In this document: piece by piece, positions 18,843-28,990 of the stretch | Layout of the letters: each line of letters begins with the position of its first letter | Numbering within the stretch: the stretch's first letter is position 1 | From: a virus | Strand: one strand, 5' to 3' | Virus record (IMG/VR): IMGVR_UViG_3300046008_000478 | Coordinates: 15,246-79,245 of that record | DNA length: 64,000 nucleotides | The notes under the pieces: model-generated | Database searches by the model: none | Told to the model about the DNA's origin: nothing | Seen by the model: only the letters and a program-made list of their open reading frames with translations | Program-made: the position numbers and the translations under genes

Positions 18843-19484
18843 ATGAAGCTGGAAGATTTTTTCCCTTACATACTGGTGGAAACACCGGGCTGCCCCGATC
18901 CATTGGCGCGCCAGGCCCTGGTGTCTGCCGCCATTGAGTTCTGCAAGGAAACCATGGCCTGGACCGAGTCGCAAGACCCAGTCACCCTGGTTGATGGCGT
19001 GTCGGACTACGAGCTGGAGGCGCCGCCACAAGCGATTGCTCTCACGGTTCGCGATGTCTGGGTGGGCGCACGACGCCTGAACCCCATCACGATGCGGGCA
19101 CTGCAGGATGTATTGCCCAACTGGGCCACCGCCGGCTCAAGCGACCCCGTTTACTACAACTCCGCCACAGAGCGGGGATCGATTCGGGTATTCCCAATCC
19201 CAACCAATACAAGCGGCCAGTCGCTGGTGATGCGCTCAGCGTTCATCCCGGTGGCTGGAGCCACCTCGTTGCCAGACTTCATGGGCCAACGCCACATGGA
19301 GTTGATCGCAGCCGGAGCCAAGTGCCGATTGATGCTAATGCCCGGCGGAGCTTGGTCAAACCCGCAGTTGGGCGCTTATTACAAGCAGGTATTTGCAGAG
19401 GGCTTGATCAGCGTGCGCATCGATGAAGACCATGACCGGGTTCCTGGATCCGTCACGGTGACGGCTCGCAGCTTTGGGTTCTGA
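18843..19484 (+). CDS. Head-tail adaptor protein
   Basis: PGCPDPL...AAIEFC...W; WSNPQL. Confidence 0.75.
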   Translation: MKLEDFFPYILVETPGCPDPLARQALVSAAIEFCKETMAWTESQDPVTLVDGVSDYELEAPPQAIALTVRDVWVGARRLNPITMRALQDVLPNWATAGSSDPVYYNSATERGSIRVFPIPTNTSGQSLVMRSAFIPVAGATSLPDFMGQRHMELIAAGAKCRLMLMPGGAWSNPQLGAYYKQVFAEGLISVRIDEDHDRVPGSVTVTARSFGF

Positions 19485-19500
19485 TTTCTAAAGGCAACAA

Positions 19501-20154
19501 ATGACCATTACCGCCCAATCCATTGTGAAAGAGGTGCAAGAACAGCTGCAGGATCTTGAAGGCATCCGATGGGGTGCTCCTGAGTTGGTGGCGCACCTGA
19601 ATGATGGTCAGCGCGAGATAGCGACTGTTCGGCCCGACCTCTACGCCACCATGATGGCATTGCCTCTTTCTGTAGGCGCCCGGCAGACCCTCCCGGCCCA
19701 ATGCATTGACCTGATCGAAATCATTCGCAATACAGATGGCCCAGCCGTGCAGGAGACCGATCGCAAGATATTGGATCTGCTCAATCCATCCTGGTACACC
19801 AAGTTGGGTGCTGCGCTGGCGGTCAATTACTGCTACGACATCCGGGATCCCTACGTGTTCTACGTCTACCCGCCAGTCCTGGCCGGCGCAAGCGTTGATG
19901 CCGTGTGCTCAGTAATGCCTGATGAGGTTGCACTGCCAGGTGGCCTGGCATACGGCGCAGTCACCGGAAATATCTCAGGCAAGGACACCTGTAAGAACCC
20001 ATTGATCCACTTTGTGCTGTTCCGCGCATTCTCCAAGGATGCAGAGTTTGGCGGAAATGTCAGCCTGAGCGCCGCGCATTACCAGATGTTCATGTCATTG
20101 CTGTCTACTGATTCGGGCGCCAAGCAAGCCGTCAAACCACAGGCGGGCGAATAG
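19501..20154 (+). CDS. Adaptor/tail tubular protein
   Basis: LQD..IRW...LNDGQREI...RPD; YVYPP; RAFSKDAE. Confidence 0.75.
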   Translation: MTITAQSIVKEVQEQLQDLEGIRWGAPELVAHLNDGQREIATVRPDLYATMMALPLSVGARQTLPAQCIDLIEIIRNTDGPAVQETDRKILDLLNPSWYTKLGAALAVNYCYDIRDPYVFYVYPPVLAGASVDAVCSVMPDEVALPGGLAYGAVTGNISGKDTCKNPLIHFVLFRAFSKDAEFGGNVSLSAAHYQMFMSLLSTDSGAKQAVKPQAGE

Positions 20155-20155
20155 C

Positions 20156-20563
20156 ATGCTGGATACCAAACTTTCTAATTTGAGCGTGAACACCCAGGCG
20201 GATGCTCTGGCTGCGCTGTGCAATGGCGGGTTCCTGCATGTCTTTGATGGCACCAGGCCTGCTAGTGCAGATGCTGCGATCTCTGGCAATACTCTGGGTG
20301 TTGTGCTGTCGTTGGCAAATCCAGCCTTTGGCTCCGCTGCGTCCGGCGTCCTGGTGGCAAACGCCATCTTGGCCGGGGTTGCGTCAGCGGGCATCACTGC
20401 TACGTTTGCGCGCCTTGTAAAAAGTGATGGCGTCACCGTGGTCATGGATATTTCTGCTGGACCGTCTGGAGCGAATCTAACCATCGGGTCATTCACAGCC
20501 GGAACACTGGTCGGCGCCACATCCTTCACGCATGACGTGCGCAATGAAACGGCAGGGTACTGA
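20156..20563 (+). CDS. Virion structural protein
   Basis: DGTRPASAD...ATFARL pattern. Confidence 0.65.
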   Translation: MLDTKLSNLSVNTQADALAALCNGGFLHVFDGTRPASADAAISGNTLGVVLSLANPAFGSAASGVLVANAILAGVASAGITATFARLVKSDGVTVVMDISAGPSGANLTIGSFTAGTLVGATSFTHDVRNETAGY

Positions 20564-20564
20564 C

Positions 20565-20888
20565 ATGCCGCTCAACGACTATGAGGCTGACGGTTGTTCG
20601 ATCAATGGGATTGATACGCCGGCCGTGTTGTCTACCTGCTCTGCGGGGCAGGCGCAAGGAATCTTGCCGACTGCGTTTTCGCGCTGGCTGTCCGGGGTAG
20701 TTCAGTCTGCCCAAGCCCAGTCCGTGGCGTCAGTCTTATTCAAGGGTCTTGCCCCCAGCAGCAACCCCTTGCAGTTGTATCTGCGCGCAGACAGTCTTTC
20801 TTGCGTTGTGCCCGCCGGCCGTAACCGCGTGTCTGTGCCTGCAACGCTGTTGCGCGTCGACATCACCCCTGAATTAATCACGGAGTAA
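20565..20888 (+). CDS. Hypothetical structural protein
   Basis: Tight operon spacing. Confidence 0.55.
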   Translation: MPLNDYEADGCSINGIDTPAVLSTCSAGQAQGILPTAFSRWLSGVVQSAQAQSVASVLFKGLAPSSNPLQLYLRADSLSCVVPAGRNRVSVPATLLRVDITPELITE

Positions 20889-20891
20889 CCC

Positions 20892-21182
20892 ATGTCGATC
20901 CTTGCCAAATACGAAAAACAACCAGTGGAGGCGCTGGACTACGAGGTGAACTATTCCGAGTGGCTGGCGTCCGTGGGCGACGCCGCAACTGGAAATGGAA
21001 ACCTGATCGTGGTTGCGGATGCCGGAATCACCATCGGCACGACGACCCTCCTGAATGGCTTGGCCAAAGCGCGCATCTCAGGCGGCGCGGATGGTGTTAC
21101 CTACAAAGTCACGTTCACCGTCACCACGGTGGGCGCCCTGGTCAAGCAAGCTGAAATCAAAATTAAGGTGAAGGAAATCTAA
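20892..21182 (+). CDS. Fibre-tail adaptor protein
   Basis: KQP.E.LDY.VNY..WL...ISGG.DG..YKV. Confidence 0.7.
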   Translation: MSILAKYEKQPVEALDYEVNYSEWLASVGDAATGNGNLIVVADAGITIGTTTLLNGLAKARISGGADGVTYKVTFTVTTVGALVKQAEIKIKVKEI

Positions 21183-21976
21183 TGGTCGCAAGAGCACTCC
21201 TGGCGAATAACGCCATCACGACACTCGCACTGGCAATCACTGGCGCGGGGGATGTCACGATGAATGTGACCTCGGCTGCAGCATTCCCAGCTTTGAGTGG
21301 CGGTAACTATTTCTATGCAACGATCCTCGATGGGTCAAATATCCCCGAAGTGGTGAAGGTGACCGGTGTTGCTGGGACCATATTTGCCATCGTAAGGGCT
21401 GCAGACAATACCATTGCACGCACTTTTGCGGTTGGGGCTAAGGTGTCTATGAATCTCAACGCGGCCGTTCTCAACGAGCTGCTGGGGAAAGATTTGGTTG
21501 GGTTGTCTGGAATAGTTGATGTTGCACACGGCGGCCACGGAGCAACAACCGCTGCAGGCGCAAGGACCGCTCTCGGCCTGGAGATTGGCGCTGACGTTGC
21601 TGCTCCGCTTGGCTTCACGCCAGCCAACGACACGCTCGCGCTGCACCTTGCTGGCACCGAGTCCGTGACGGGAATCAAGCGCACAAACGAAACCACCGAC
21701 AACGATGGCAGCTTCGACTTGAATGCCGCGATGGACTTCAAATGCACACCCTCTGCGGGTTTCACGCTGACGTTCACGAACATACCGGCAACGCCGCTGG
21801 TGCAAAAGGGCACGATCATGCTGGTCAACCCAAGCGCCTACTCAGTCGCGGCCCACGCCAATACAAAAGTTGGTGCGGCCACTCTCGCAGCACTTAGCGC
21901 CGCAGGCACCTACGAGTTGAGCTACCGCACCAGTAACGGCATTGCTTATGTCACGGCATCTGGAGCACTCGCATAA
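21182..21976 (+). CDS. Proximal tail fibre protein
   Basis: NNAITTL...EVVKVT...VRA.DNT.AR.F; GATTAAGARTALG. Confidence 0.7.
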   Translation: MVARALLANNAITTLALAITGAGDVTMNVTSAAAFPALSGGNYFYATILDGSNIPEVVKVTGVAGTIFAIVRAADNTIARTFAVGAKVSMNLNAAVLNELLGKDLVGLSGIVDVAHGGHGATTAAGARTALGLEIGADVAAPLGFTPANDTLALHLAGTESVTGIKRTNETTDNDGSFDLNAAMDFKCTPSAGFTLTFTNIPATPLVQKGTIMLVNPSAYSVAAHANTKVGAATLAALSAAGTYELSYRTSNGIAYVTASGALA

Positions 21977-24372
21977 TGACCGGCTTTCTTGATGCTTCGG
22001 TAATCGAAGAAGGTGGGGGCTACCAAATCCAGCGCAGCCTGCGGACGAGGGCTAGTGCTACGGCGTATTTGTCGAGGACGTTTGGAGTTCCAACGGATGC
22101 AAAGAAATACACGATAAGCGTGTGGTGCAAGCGTGGTGCACTCTCTAGTTTGCAGGGTTTGATTTCCGCATTTGACGGAGCGCTATCTCACCCCGGTGAA
22201 ATTACGTTTAACGCGAATGACACAGTAACCGCTAAGGCTGGTGGATCGGCGGTTAATGGCGTGACTACCACTGCGGTGTACCGTGACCCATCTGCACACA
22301 TGCACATCTGCTTTAGCATTGATGCAGCGAACACGACTTGCTCATTGTTTGTAAATAACGGCCCTGCACTCACGGCAACAATCGCAAACGTAGTTAGTCA
22401 GCTAAATGCGAACGGGCGCGTTGTTCGGATTGGGGCTTTCTACACGGCGGCAGCCCAGTTCTTAGACGGATACCTGTCAGAGTTCAACTTCATCGACGGC
22501 CAAGCCCTCACGCCCTCCAGCTTCGGCCAAACCGACCCGACCACAGGCCAGTGGTCAGCAAAGAAGTACGTCGGAACCTACGGCACAAACGGCTTCTACC
22601 TCGACTTCAGCGACCCAACCAGCGCCACAACGCTGTGCTACGACCGATCTGGCAACGGCAACAACTGGACGCCGAACAACATTTCAACGACTGCCGGTGC
22701 GACTTACGACAGCATGCTGGATGTGCCACTGGGTGGTGGAGGTGCTGAGCGGGGGAATTACTGCACGTTGAATCCGTTGGATAAGATAACAACGACTGTC
22801 ACAAACGGGAACCTAACTGCGAACCCGTCAGGGATGGGGCCTGTTCTGGGCACTATACAAATACCAGCAAGTGGCAAAATCTACGCTGAGTGCACAGCGG
22901 ATACGACTGGGGCCTCTGGAACATCATTGGCTATTTTCGGTGTCAAGAAAACTTCAGCACCGTTGGTTGGGGGCAACGCTGCGCCACCAAATGTTTGGGG
23001 TGTTAGCTGGGACGGAAGATTGATATTTTCCCTAAATGCAACGCAGACAATCGGAGCATCTGGCTTCGGTGTTATTGGGCGTGTGTTTCAGTTTGCAATT
23101 GACACGGCTACGGGTAGCATTTGGCTCGGTACTAATAACGTGTGGTATTCGGCTGTAGGTACTGTCACCAGTGCACCCGATGCAGGCGGCACTCCCGCAG
23201 CAACCGGGCTACCCGCAGACCTAATACCATTCTTTTCCGCAGACCTTGCGACTGCCTCCGTCAACTTCGGCCAACGTGGTTTCACCTACACCCCACCCGC
23301 AGGCTTCAAAGCATTGCACACCGGCAACCTGCCAATCCCTGTTGGTGCTGCGCTGGAGCCTAAGAAGCATTTTGATGTGGTGACGTACCTTGGAAATGGG
23401 GGCGCAAAAGCCATAACAGGGTTAGGATTCCAGCCCGACTTGGTGTGGCCGAAGGATCGCGGTGTGGCTTTGAATCACCGCTTGGTAGATTCAGTGCGCG
23501 GCACAACCAAGGTTCTGTCGTCAAACACCACTGATGCGGAACGCACGATTCCAGACGCTAACGATACCTTCACATCCTTTGACTCTGGTGGCTTCACGCT
23601 TGGTGCTGGTCAGGGCATGAACTCCAATGGGGATAGCTATGTCGCATGGCTCTGGAAAGCAGGCGGCGCAGCAGTCACGAACACCACAGGAACGATCACC
23701 TCTCAGGTGAGTGCGAACGTGGCGGCTGGTTTTAGTGTCTTGACGTACACGGGCACGGGCGCGAACGCTACGGTAGCGCATGGTTTGGGTGTTGCGCCGA
23801 AGATGATGATCGTCAAGCAGCGCAGCGCTACGGGTGATTGGTTTGTATACCACGCAAACTCAAACGCAACCCCACAAAACGCGGCGCTGTTTCTCAACCT
23901 GACCACAGCGTACACAAACAACGTGTACTGGAACAACACGGCACCAACCTCAAGCGTATTCACAACAGGGGTGGCTGGCGGCTTGAATGCCAGCGGCGTC
24001 ACGCAAGTTGCCTACTGCTTTGCAGAGGTCGCAGGCTACAGCAAGATCGGTTCTTACACCGGCAATGGCAGTGCAGACGGCCCGATGGTGTGGTGTGGGT
24101 TTAGGCCACGGTTTGTGATGTACAAACGTGCGGACTCCGTTAGCGACTGGCAGATGGTTGATACGGCCCGTGACCCGTACAACCCGCAACACCTCGAATT
24201 GAATGCTAATCTGAGTGGTGTTGAGTTCGACAACACAGGTGTCCGTCCATTTGACCTTGTTGCCAATGGATTCAAGATTCGAGGCACGAATGGTGGGGCA
24301 AACGCATCAGGCGGCACCTACATCTTCTACGCCATTTCCGAAGCCAATTTTAAATACGCACTAGGACGCTAA
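21976..24372 (+). CDS. Distal tail fibre/receptor-binding protein (LamG, SPRY-like and repeat domains)
   Basis: FIDGQALTPSSFG, NFGQRGF.YTPPAGF, GFQPDLVW, YTGNGS. Confidence 0.8.
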   Translation: MTGFLDASVIEEGGGYQIQRSLRTRASATAYLSRTFGVPTDAKKYTISVWCKRGALSSLQGLISAFDGALSHPGEITFNANDTVTAKAGGSAVNGVTTTAVYRDPSAHMHICFSIDAANTTCSLFVNNGPALTATIANVVSQLNANGRVVRIGAFYTAAAQFLDGYLSEFNFIDGQALTPSSFGQTDPTTGQWSAKKYVGTYGTNGFYLDFSDPTSATTLCYDRSGNGNNWTPNNISTTAGATYDSMLDVPLGGGGAERGNYCTLNPLDKITTTVTNGNLTANPSGMGPVLGTIQIPASGKIYAECTADTTGASGTSLAIFGVKKTSAPLVGGNAAPPNVWGVSWDGRLIFSLNATQTIGASGFGVIGRVFQFAIDTATGSIWLGTNNVWYSAVGTVTSAPDAGGTPAATGLPADLIPFFSADLATASVNFGQRGFTYTPPAGFKALHTGNLPIPVGAALEPKKHFDVVTYLGNGGAKAITGLGFQPDLVWPKDRGVALNHRLVDSVRGTTKVLSSNTTDAERTIPDANDTFTSFDSGGFTLGAGQGMNSNGDSYVAWLWKAGGAAVTNTTGTITSQVSANVAAGFSVLTYTGTGANATVAHGLGVAPKMMIVKQRSATGDWFVYHANSNATPQNAALFLNLTTAYTNNVYWNNTAPTSSVFTTGVAGGLNASGVTQVAYCFAEVAGYSKIGSYTGNGSADGPMVWCGFRPRFVMYKRADSVSDWQMVDTARDPYNPQHLELNANLSGVEFDNTGVRPFDLVANGFKIRGTNGGANASGGTYIFYAISEANFKYALGR

Positions 24373-24374
24373 TC

Positions 24375-24791
24375 ATGCAATACCACCCTGAATCAAACAT
24401 TTACGTCCGTGATGGCGAGGCATTCACCCATGAGGGTACTCAGTACCCATCGACATGGGACAAGGCCAGCCTTGGATTTATCGAAGTAACCACGGTAGGA
24501 ACCCGCGAGAACGATGCTTACTACTGGGTCAGCGAGGAAGTGCTGGACGGTGTTCGCACTATCACCAACACGCCCAAAGACCCCGAGCAAATCAAGACGA
24601 TGGAGTCGGCAAAGAAGCTGGCCGAGATTGACGCACTGGAGCGCAACGCATTGATGCCCCGTGCAACCCGAGAATTCATGCTGCTGAGTATGCAGTCGAT
24701 GGCAACACCCGAGCAGCTTGAAGCAAACTTTGGGTACAAAGCGGTCAAAGCATTTGACGAGCAGATCAACGCACTGAGGGCTGCGCTGTGA
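24375..24791 (+). CDS. Tail fibre assembly-like protein
   Basis: Follows the fibre; GTQYPSTW. Confidence 0.55.
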   Translation: MQYHPESNIYVRDGEAFTHEGTQYPSTWDKASLGFIEVTTVGTRENDAYYWVSEEVLDGVRTITNTPKDPEQIKTMESAKKLAEIDALERNALMPRATREFMLLSMQSMATPEQLEANFGYKAVKAFDEQINALRAAL

Positions 24792-25069
24792 CGCTACTCC
24801 TAATCCTCCTGTACCCAGTTGCTGTGCAGTATGAGCGCGGTGGCTGGTGGCGTTTGCTTGCCCCGGTCACGGTGTTTGCTTTGCTGATCGACGTCATTGC
24901 CAACTACACGGAGTTGGCAATGCTGACGTGGGACTTCCCACGCAAGGGAGAGTTGACATTCAGCACTAGGTTACTTCGTCTGCGCCATGACACCGGCCAC
25001 ATGCGGTACGCCTACAGCAATGTGATTGACTACCTAAACTTCTTTGCACCCAACGGGAAGCATGTATGA
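24788..25069 (+). CDS. Small membrane protein
   Basis: Hydrophobic segments; ETFS-like motif. Confidence 0.55.
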   Translation: MTLLLILLYPVAVQYERGGWWRLLAPVTVFALLIDVIANYTELAMLTWDFPRKGELTFSTRLLRLRHDTGHMRYAYSNVIDYLNFFAPNGKHV

Positions 25070-25518
25070 AAGACCGCTTCATCCGATCCCTATCCCGCGT
25101 TCTGTGGGACTCTGACCTGATTGCAACGCGGGTGTGGCTTGCGCTTGCGGAACTGTTCTGGGCGTTGATGCTGCTGATACCTGCGGATGGTCTGTTCTCT
25201 CGCCCGACATACAAGCACATGGCGACCGTCATGGGGCAGGATCAATGGGGTGTTGTGATGTTGCTGTCGGCAATCACTCAGATCAGCATCGTCTTGCAGA
25301 ACGATTTGTACGGCAGGTTTTCGCGGTACTTTGCTGGCTACAACGCGGTACTGTGGTGCTACATAGGGGTCTACTCTCCGCTGGTGTCAGTAAGCCCACC
25401 GCCCGCAGCAATGGGGGCTGAAATGGCCGCGGCCTGCGCTGCTGTTTTCATCTTTATCCAGCCTATCGTGCTGTGTGCAATCTACCGAAAGGGGTACGGC
25501 AATGGCAGGCTCCGATGA
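25066..25518 (+). CDS. Multi-TM membrane protein (lysis module)
   Basis: About four hydrophobic helices. Confidence 0.6.
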   Translation: MKDRFIRSLSRVLWDSDLIATRVWLALAELFWALMLLIPADGLFSRPTYKHMATVMGQDQWGVVMLLSAITQISIVLQNDLYGRFSRYFAGYNAVLWCYIGVYSPLVSVSPPPAAMGAEMAAACAAVFIFIQPIVLCAIYRKGYGNGRLR

Positions 25519-25843
25519 GAAATACCAGCGCAGGGCATCTGACTTGGTTGGCGGGGCGCCATCTGGTGAGCCACTTCTGGACTTGCTACGCGATGTGCTT
25601 AAACGCCTTGAGACTCTTGAGTTGTGCTGCGCGGAAATACAAACGGCCTTTGTGCAAAACGACTTGAAGAAACCAGACTTTGACGGCCACCGCAAGGCGC
25701 ACATCATCATGATTAAAGCGGCTGAAGTTGTGGATGGCTACAAGCAGGACGCCACAAAGACCGTGCTGCACTGGCTACTGGCGGGAGTGCTTGGCTTGCT
25801 GCTCACCGGCTTCGGTGCTTGGGTGTCGGGGCATATCAAATGA
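25502..25843 (+). CDS. Holin/antiholin-like protein
   Basis: RRASD motif; C-terminal TM helix. Confidence 0.55.
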   Translation: MAGSDEKYQRRASDLVGGAPSGEPLLDLLRDVLKRLETLELCCAEIQTAFVQNDLKKPDFDGHRKAHIIMIKAAEVVDGYKQDATKTVLHWLLAGVLGLLLTGFGAWVSGHIK

Positions 25844-25895
25844 TGGCGCTGACTGTTTGGTTTTACTGGTGGGAAAACGTCTGGAAGGATTTGAA

Positions 25896-26312
25896 ATGAT
25901 TAACTCCCGCGACATCAACGCCCTTAACCCGCGCACCTCCGCCAAGGCGCTGGACTTCCAAGTCCGATGCGCCAACGCCGGTATCGACATCATCTTCACC
26001 AGCACCTTCAGAGATGACGAGTCCCAGAACTCCTTATACGCTCAGGGTCGCACGACGCCGGGTAAACGAGTTACGAATGTGGCGGGCGGTGGATCATTCC
26101 ACAACTGGAGAGTGGCGTTTGATTTCGTGCCTATCGTCAATGGCAAAGCCATCTGGAATGACAACGATCTTTGGGAGCGCTGTGGCGTCATTGGCGAGCA
26201 GTGCGGGTTGGAATGGGGCGGACGCTGGAAAAAGTTTGTAGACCGTCCTCACATGCAGGACACGATGGGATTCTCCATTGCTCAATATCAACGAGATGAG
26301 GTTAACGTATGA
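25896..26312 (+). CDS. Endolysin, M15 family L-Ala-D-Glu peptidase
   Basis: LYAQGRT..G..VTN, SFHNW..AFD, WGGRW..D.PH. Confidence 0.9.
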   Translation: MINSRDINALNPRTSAKALDFQVRCANAGIDIIFTSTFRDDESQNSLYAQGRTTPGKRVTNVAGGGSFHNWRVAFDFVPIVNGKAIWNDNDLWERCGVIGEQCGLEWGGRWKKFVDRPHMQDTMGFSIAQYQRDEVNV

Positions 26313-26818
26313 ACGATTGGCTTAAAACACTTGCCCCTTTGTTGGGTACTGCACTGGGTGGTCCATTGGGCGGTGCGGCTGCAGCATTTCTTGCTGACAA
26401 ACTTGGTATTGAATCAAAAACAGTCGAGGCTGTAACCGAGGTTCTGAACTCCGGCAAGATGACACCCGACCAGATTGCCAATATCAAACTGGCCGAACTC
26501 GATTTCAAGAAGTTCACGGAAACCAACAAGATCGACGTGATGAAGGTTGAGGCTGCTGACCGCGCTGATGCTCGTGACACGTTCAAGGTGACTCGTTCCC
26601 GTGTACCGGCAGCCCTGACATTTCTAATCACCGTTGGATTCTTTGGCGTGTTGATCGCAATGTTTAAGTGGCCAGAGGTGAAAGAATCCGCACCGTTGAT
26701 GATCATGCTGGGCAGCCTCGGTACGGCTTGGACGGGGGCTTGCGCCTTTTGGTTCGGAACCACCAACTCCAGCGCCGACAAGAATCAGATGCTGGCCAAC
26801 AGCGCACCAGCGAAATAG
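26309..26818 (+). CDS. Holin-like membrane protein
   Basis: APLLGTALGGPLGG N-terminus; D.ADAR; two C-terminal TMs ending FWFG. Confidence 0.7.
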   Translation: MNDWLKTLAPLLGTALGGPLGGAAAAFLADKLGIESKTVEAVTEVLNSGKMTPDQIANIKLAELDFKKFTETNKIDVMKVEAADRADARDTFKVTRSRVPAALTFLITVGFFGVLIAMFKWPEVKESAPLMIMLGSLGTAWTGACAFWFGTTNSSADKNQMLANSAPAK

Positions 26819-26820
26819 AT

Positions 26821-28614
26821 ATGAAAATCTCGATAGATACCTTCACTGGCATGGCCCCAAAAGTGGGCCCGCACCTGCTTCCTGCTCAGGCGGCGCAGCG
26901 CGCTGTCAATGTGAAACTCGTTTCTGGCGCCATTCAGCCAGTGAACAAGCCGAAGCTGGTATTTACCGGGATTATTGGCAACGCAAAGTCTGTGTTCATG
27001 CTTGGGGTTGCCGGTTCGGCAGTCCCGATTTCCTGGGCGACTGATGTGGATGTGGCCAGTAGCCCTGTTCCAGATGATGAGTACCGCATCTACTACACCG
27101 GTGACGGGGCTCCAAAGAAAACAAGCGTGCTGCTTTGTGGCTCGCCTGTTGGCGGTCCCACTGCCTGGTACAACCTGGGGGTTCCTGCTCCTGCATCTGC
27201 TCCAAGCGCTGCAGCCACGACCGGTAGCGTTCCTGCCGGCACGTATGTCTACGTTTACACCTATGTAACCCAGTTCGGCGCCACGCTGCTGGAAGAGTCA
27301 GCCCCATCCAATCCCGTCACGATTACCCTGGGCGCCGCGGGAGGGGTGGCTTTGACTGGGCTGGCCAACCCAGTATCCAGCACCAACTACAATTTTGTCT
27401 ACAAGCGGATCTATCGCAGTACAGGGACAACCCTGCAGCTTGTTGCTCAGATCCCTGTGGCCACCACGACATACACCGACACGCTGAGTGCCACCAGTAT
27501 TCTTGGGGATGCGCTGGCCACTGCCGGGTGGCTACCACCTCCAGCAGACTTGAAGGGGATCACATCGCTGCCATCGTCCGTTCTGGTGGGGTTTCGCGGC
27601 AATGAGGTGTGGTTCAGTGAACCAGGCTTCCCGCACGCATGGCCACTCCAGTACATGCAGTCGCTGGATAGCCAGATCATTGGTCTGAAAGCGTTTGGCA
27701 ATAACATCGTGATTGCGACACAGATGTACCCCTATGCTGCAAGTGGCCTGCACCCTTCTGCGTTTACGCTCCAGAAGCTGCCGCTGCTTGAGCCATGCCT
27801 ATCCAAGCGGTCGCTGGTGAGTGACGAGTTTGGCGCCTTGTATGCGAGTGCAAATGGGCTAGTTTCCATCACCAGTGATGCAAGCGGCCTGGCATCCGCC
27901 CAGGTACTGAGTCGAGATACCTTTGCGCAGTTTTACCCAAGCACCATCACGGCCGCCGTGTTTGAACGCAGGTACTACGGGTTTTATGATTCGCCATCAG
28001 GCGGAGCGGGTGGGTTTATTTTCACCAGGGAGGATGCGGGGCCCATCACAGTCACGGATGTGCAGGCCACTGCCGTGCATGTGGACCAAGCGACGGCGCA
28101 GCTGCTCTTTGTCAATAAAGTGGATGGGGATTTGTACCAGTACGACCCCATAGATTCCGCTCCATTCCGATTTTTGTGGAAGTCCAAAGTGTTTATCTTG
28201 GAGTCTGCTGCGAATCTTGGGTGCTTTCGTATCAGTGGGCCCGAGCTCACTCACGCCGACAACCAGGCCAATGCCGCCATTGACGCCATCAACGCCGGGG
28301 TTATTGCCGCCAACAATGTGCTGTATGCGTCCGGAGACTTGGGCATCGGCACCAATGCACTGGTGACAAACTCCGATGTCAACGGCGTGAATGGCTCCAG
28401 CATGGAGGCCACCACTCCTTACCCGCTTTCCACTTTTGATGTGGTGGTGAGCGCCGGCGGCGTGGATGTGAGCTACCAGACATGCGTGGTCAACAAGTTG
28501 TATCGCCTGCCGTCTGGATTCCGAAATACTGGCTGGGAGATAGCTATCAGCGGCCAGCGTGAGGTCCGCGGGATTGACATGGCGATCTCGCCACAGGAGT
28601 TGCGCAATGGCTAG
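26821..28614 (+). CDS. Tail nozzle/stabilisation protein (beta-propeller)
   Basis: F.G.AP...LLP...AQ.A.N; FSEP..PHAWP; WKSKVF; RLPSG. Confidence 0.8.
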   Translation: MKISIDTFTGMAPKVGPHLLPAQAAQRAVNVKLVSGAIQPVNKPKLVFTGIIGNAKSVFMLGVAGSAVPISWATDVDVASSPVPDDEYRIYYTGDGAPKKTSVLLCGSPVGGPTAWYNLGVPAPASAPSAAATTGSVPAGTYVYVYTYVTQFGATLLEESAPSNPVTITLGAAGGVALTGLANPVSSTNYNFVYKRIYRSTGTTLQLVAQIPVATTTYTDTLSATSILGDALATAGWLPPPADLKGITSLPSSVLVGFRGNEVWFSEPGFPHAWPLQYMQSLDSQIIGLKAFGNNIVIATQMYPYAASGLHPSAFTLQKLPLLEPCLSKRSLVSDEFGALYASANGLVSITSDASGLASAQVLSRDTFAQFYPSTITAAVFERRYYGFYDSPSGGAGGFIFTREDAGPITVTDVQATAVHVDQATAQLLFVNKVDGDLYQYDPIDSAPFRFLWKSKVFILESAANLGCFRISGPELTHADNQANAAIDAINAGVIAANNVLYASGDLGIGTNALVTNSDVNGVNGSSMEATTPYPLSTFDVVVSAGGVDVSYQTCVVNKLYRLPSGFRNTGWEIAISGQREVRGIDMAISPQELRNG

Positions 28615-28804
28615 GAGATTTCAGAATATCCCGCCAATCACAGCCGGGAATTCACTTCCGGCACTTCGAGCCCTGGCGGACTCTGTTGGCTACATCACGG
28701 CACAGTCCCAGCCCGTGATTGCTCCTTTGCCGCCTGGCGCAACACTTGACCAGGTGGCAGCGAAGGTGAATGAGATTCTTTCCAGGCTGCAGGGCGTGGA
28801 TTAG
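28607..28804 (+). CDS. Small tail-associated protein
   Basis: Overlaps the nozzle stop; AKVNEIL..L. Confidence 0.6.
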   Translation: MARRFQNIPPITAGNSLPALRALADSVGYITAQSQPVIAPLPPGATLDQVAAKVNEILSRLQGVD

Positions 28805-28840
28805 TGTGACGGAATTCACTCGTCACTGATAGAATGGTTC

Positions 28841-28885
28841 CAGCAACAAAGCGGGACAGACAGCCCCCGCAAAACAAATAGCGGC
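28841..28885 (+). repeat. 45-nt structured leader motif, copy 2
   Basis: See 4424-4468; preceded by TAGAAT, a -10-like hexamer. Confidence 0.8.
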
Positions 28886-28925
28886 CACTTCTGGGCCGAC
28901 CTGTCTTCAAAATACCCAACAACCC

Positions 28926-28956
28926 AAGCCGCCTGGTTCTCAGTGCGGCTTTTTTT
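28926..28956 (+). terminator. Intrinsic terminator after the leader
   Basis: AAGCCGC...GCGGCTT followed by a T-run. Confidence 0.7.
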
Positions 28957-28990
28957 GCATTTGCAATTAGCAAAGCGCCATGCAAATCAC

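Noticed and set aside
21976-24372. Diversity-generating retroelement
   Set aside because: No reverse transcriptase and no TR/VR pair seen in the window
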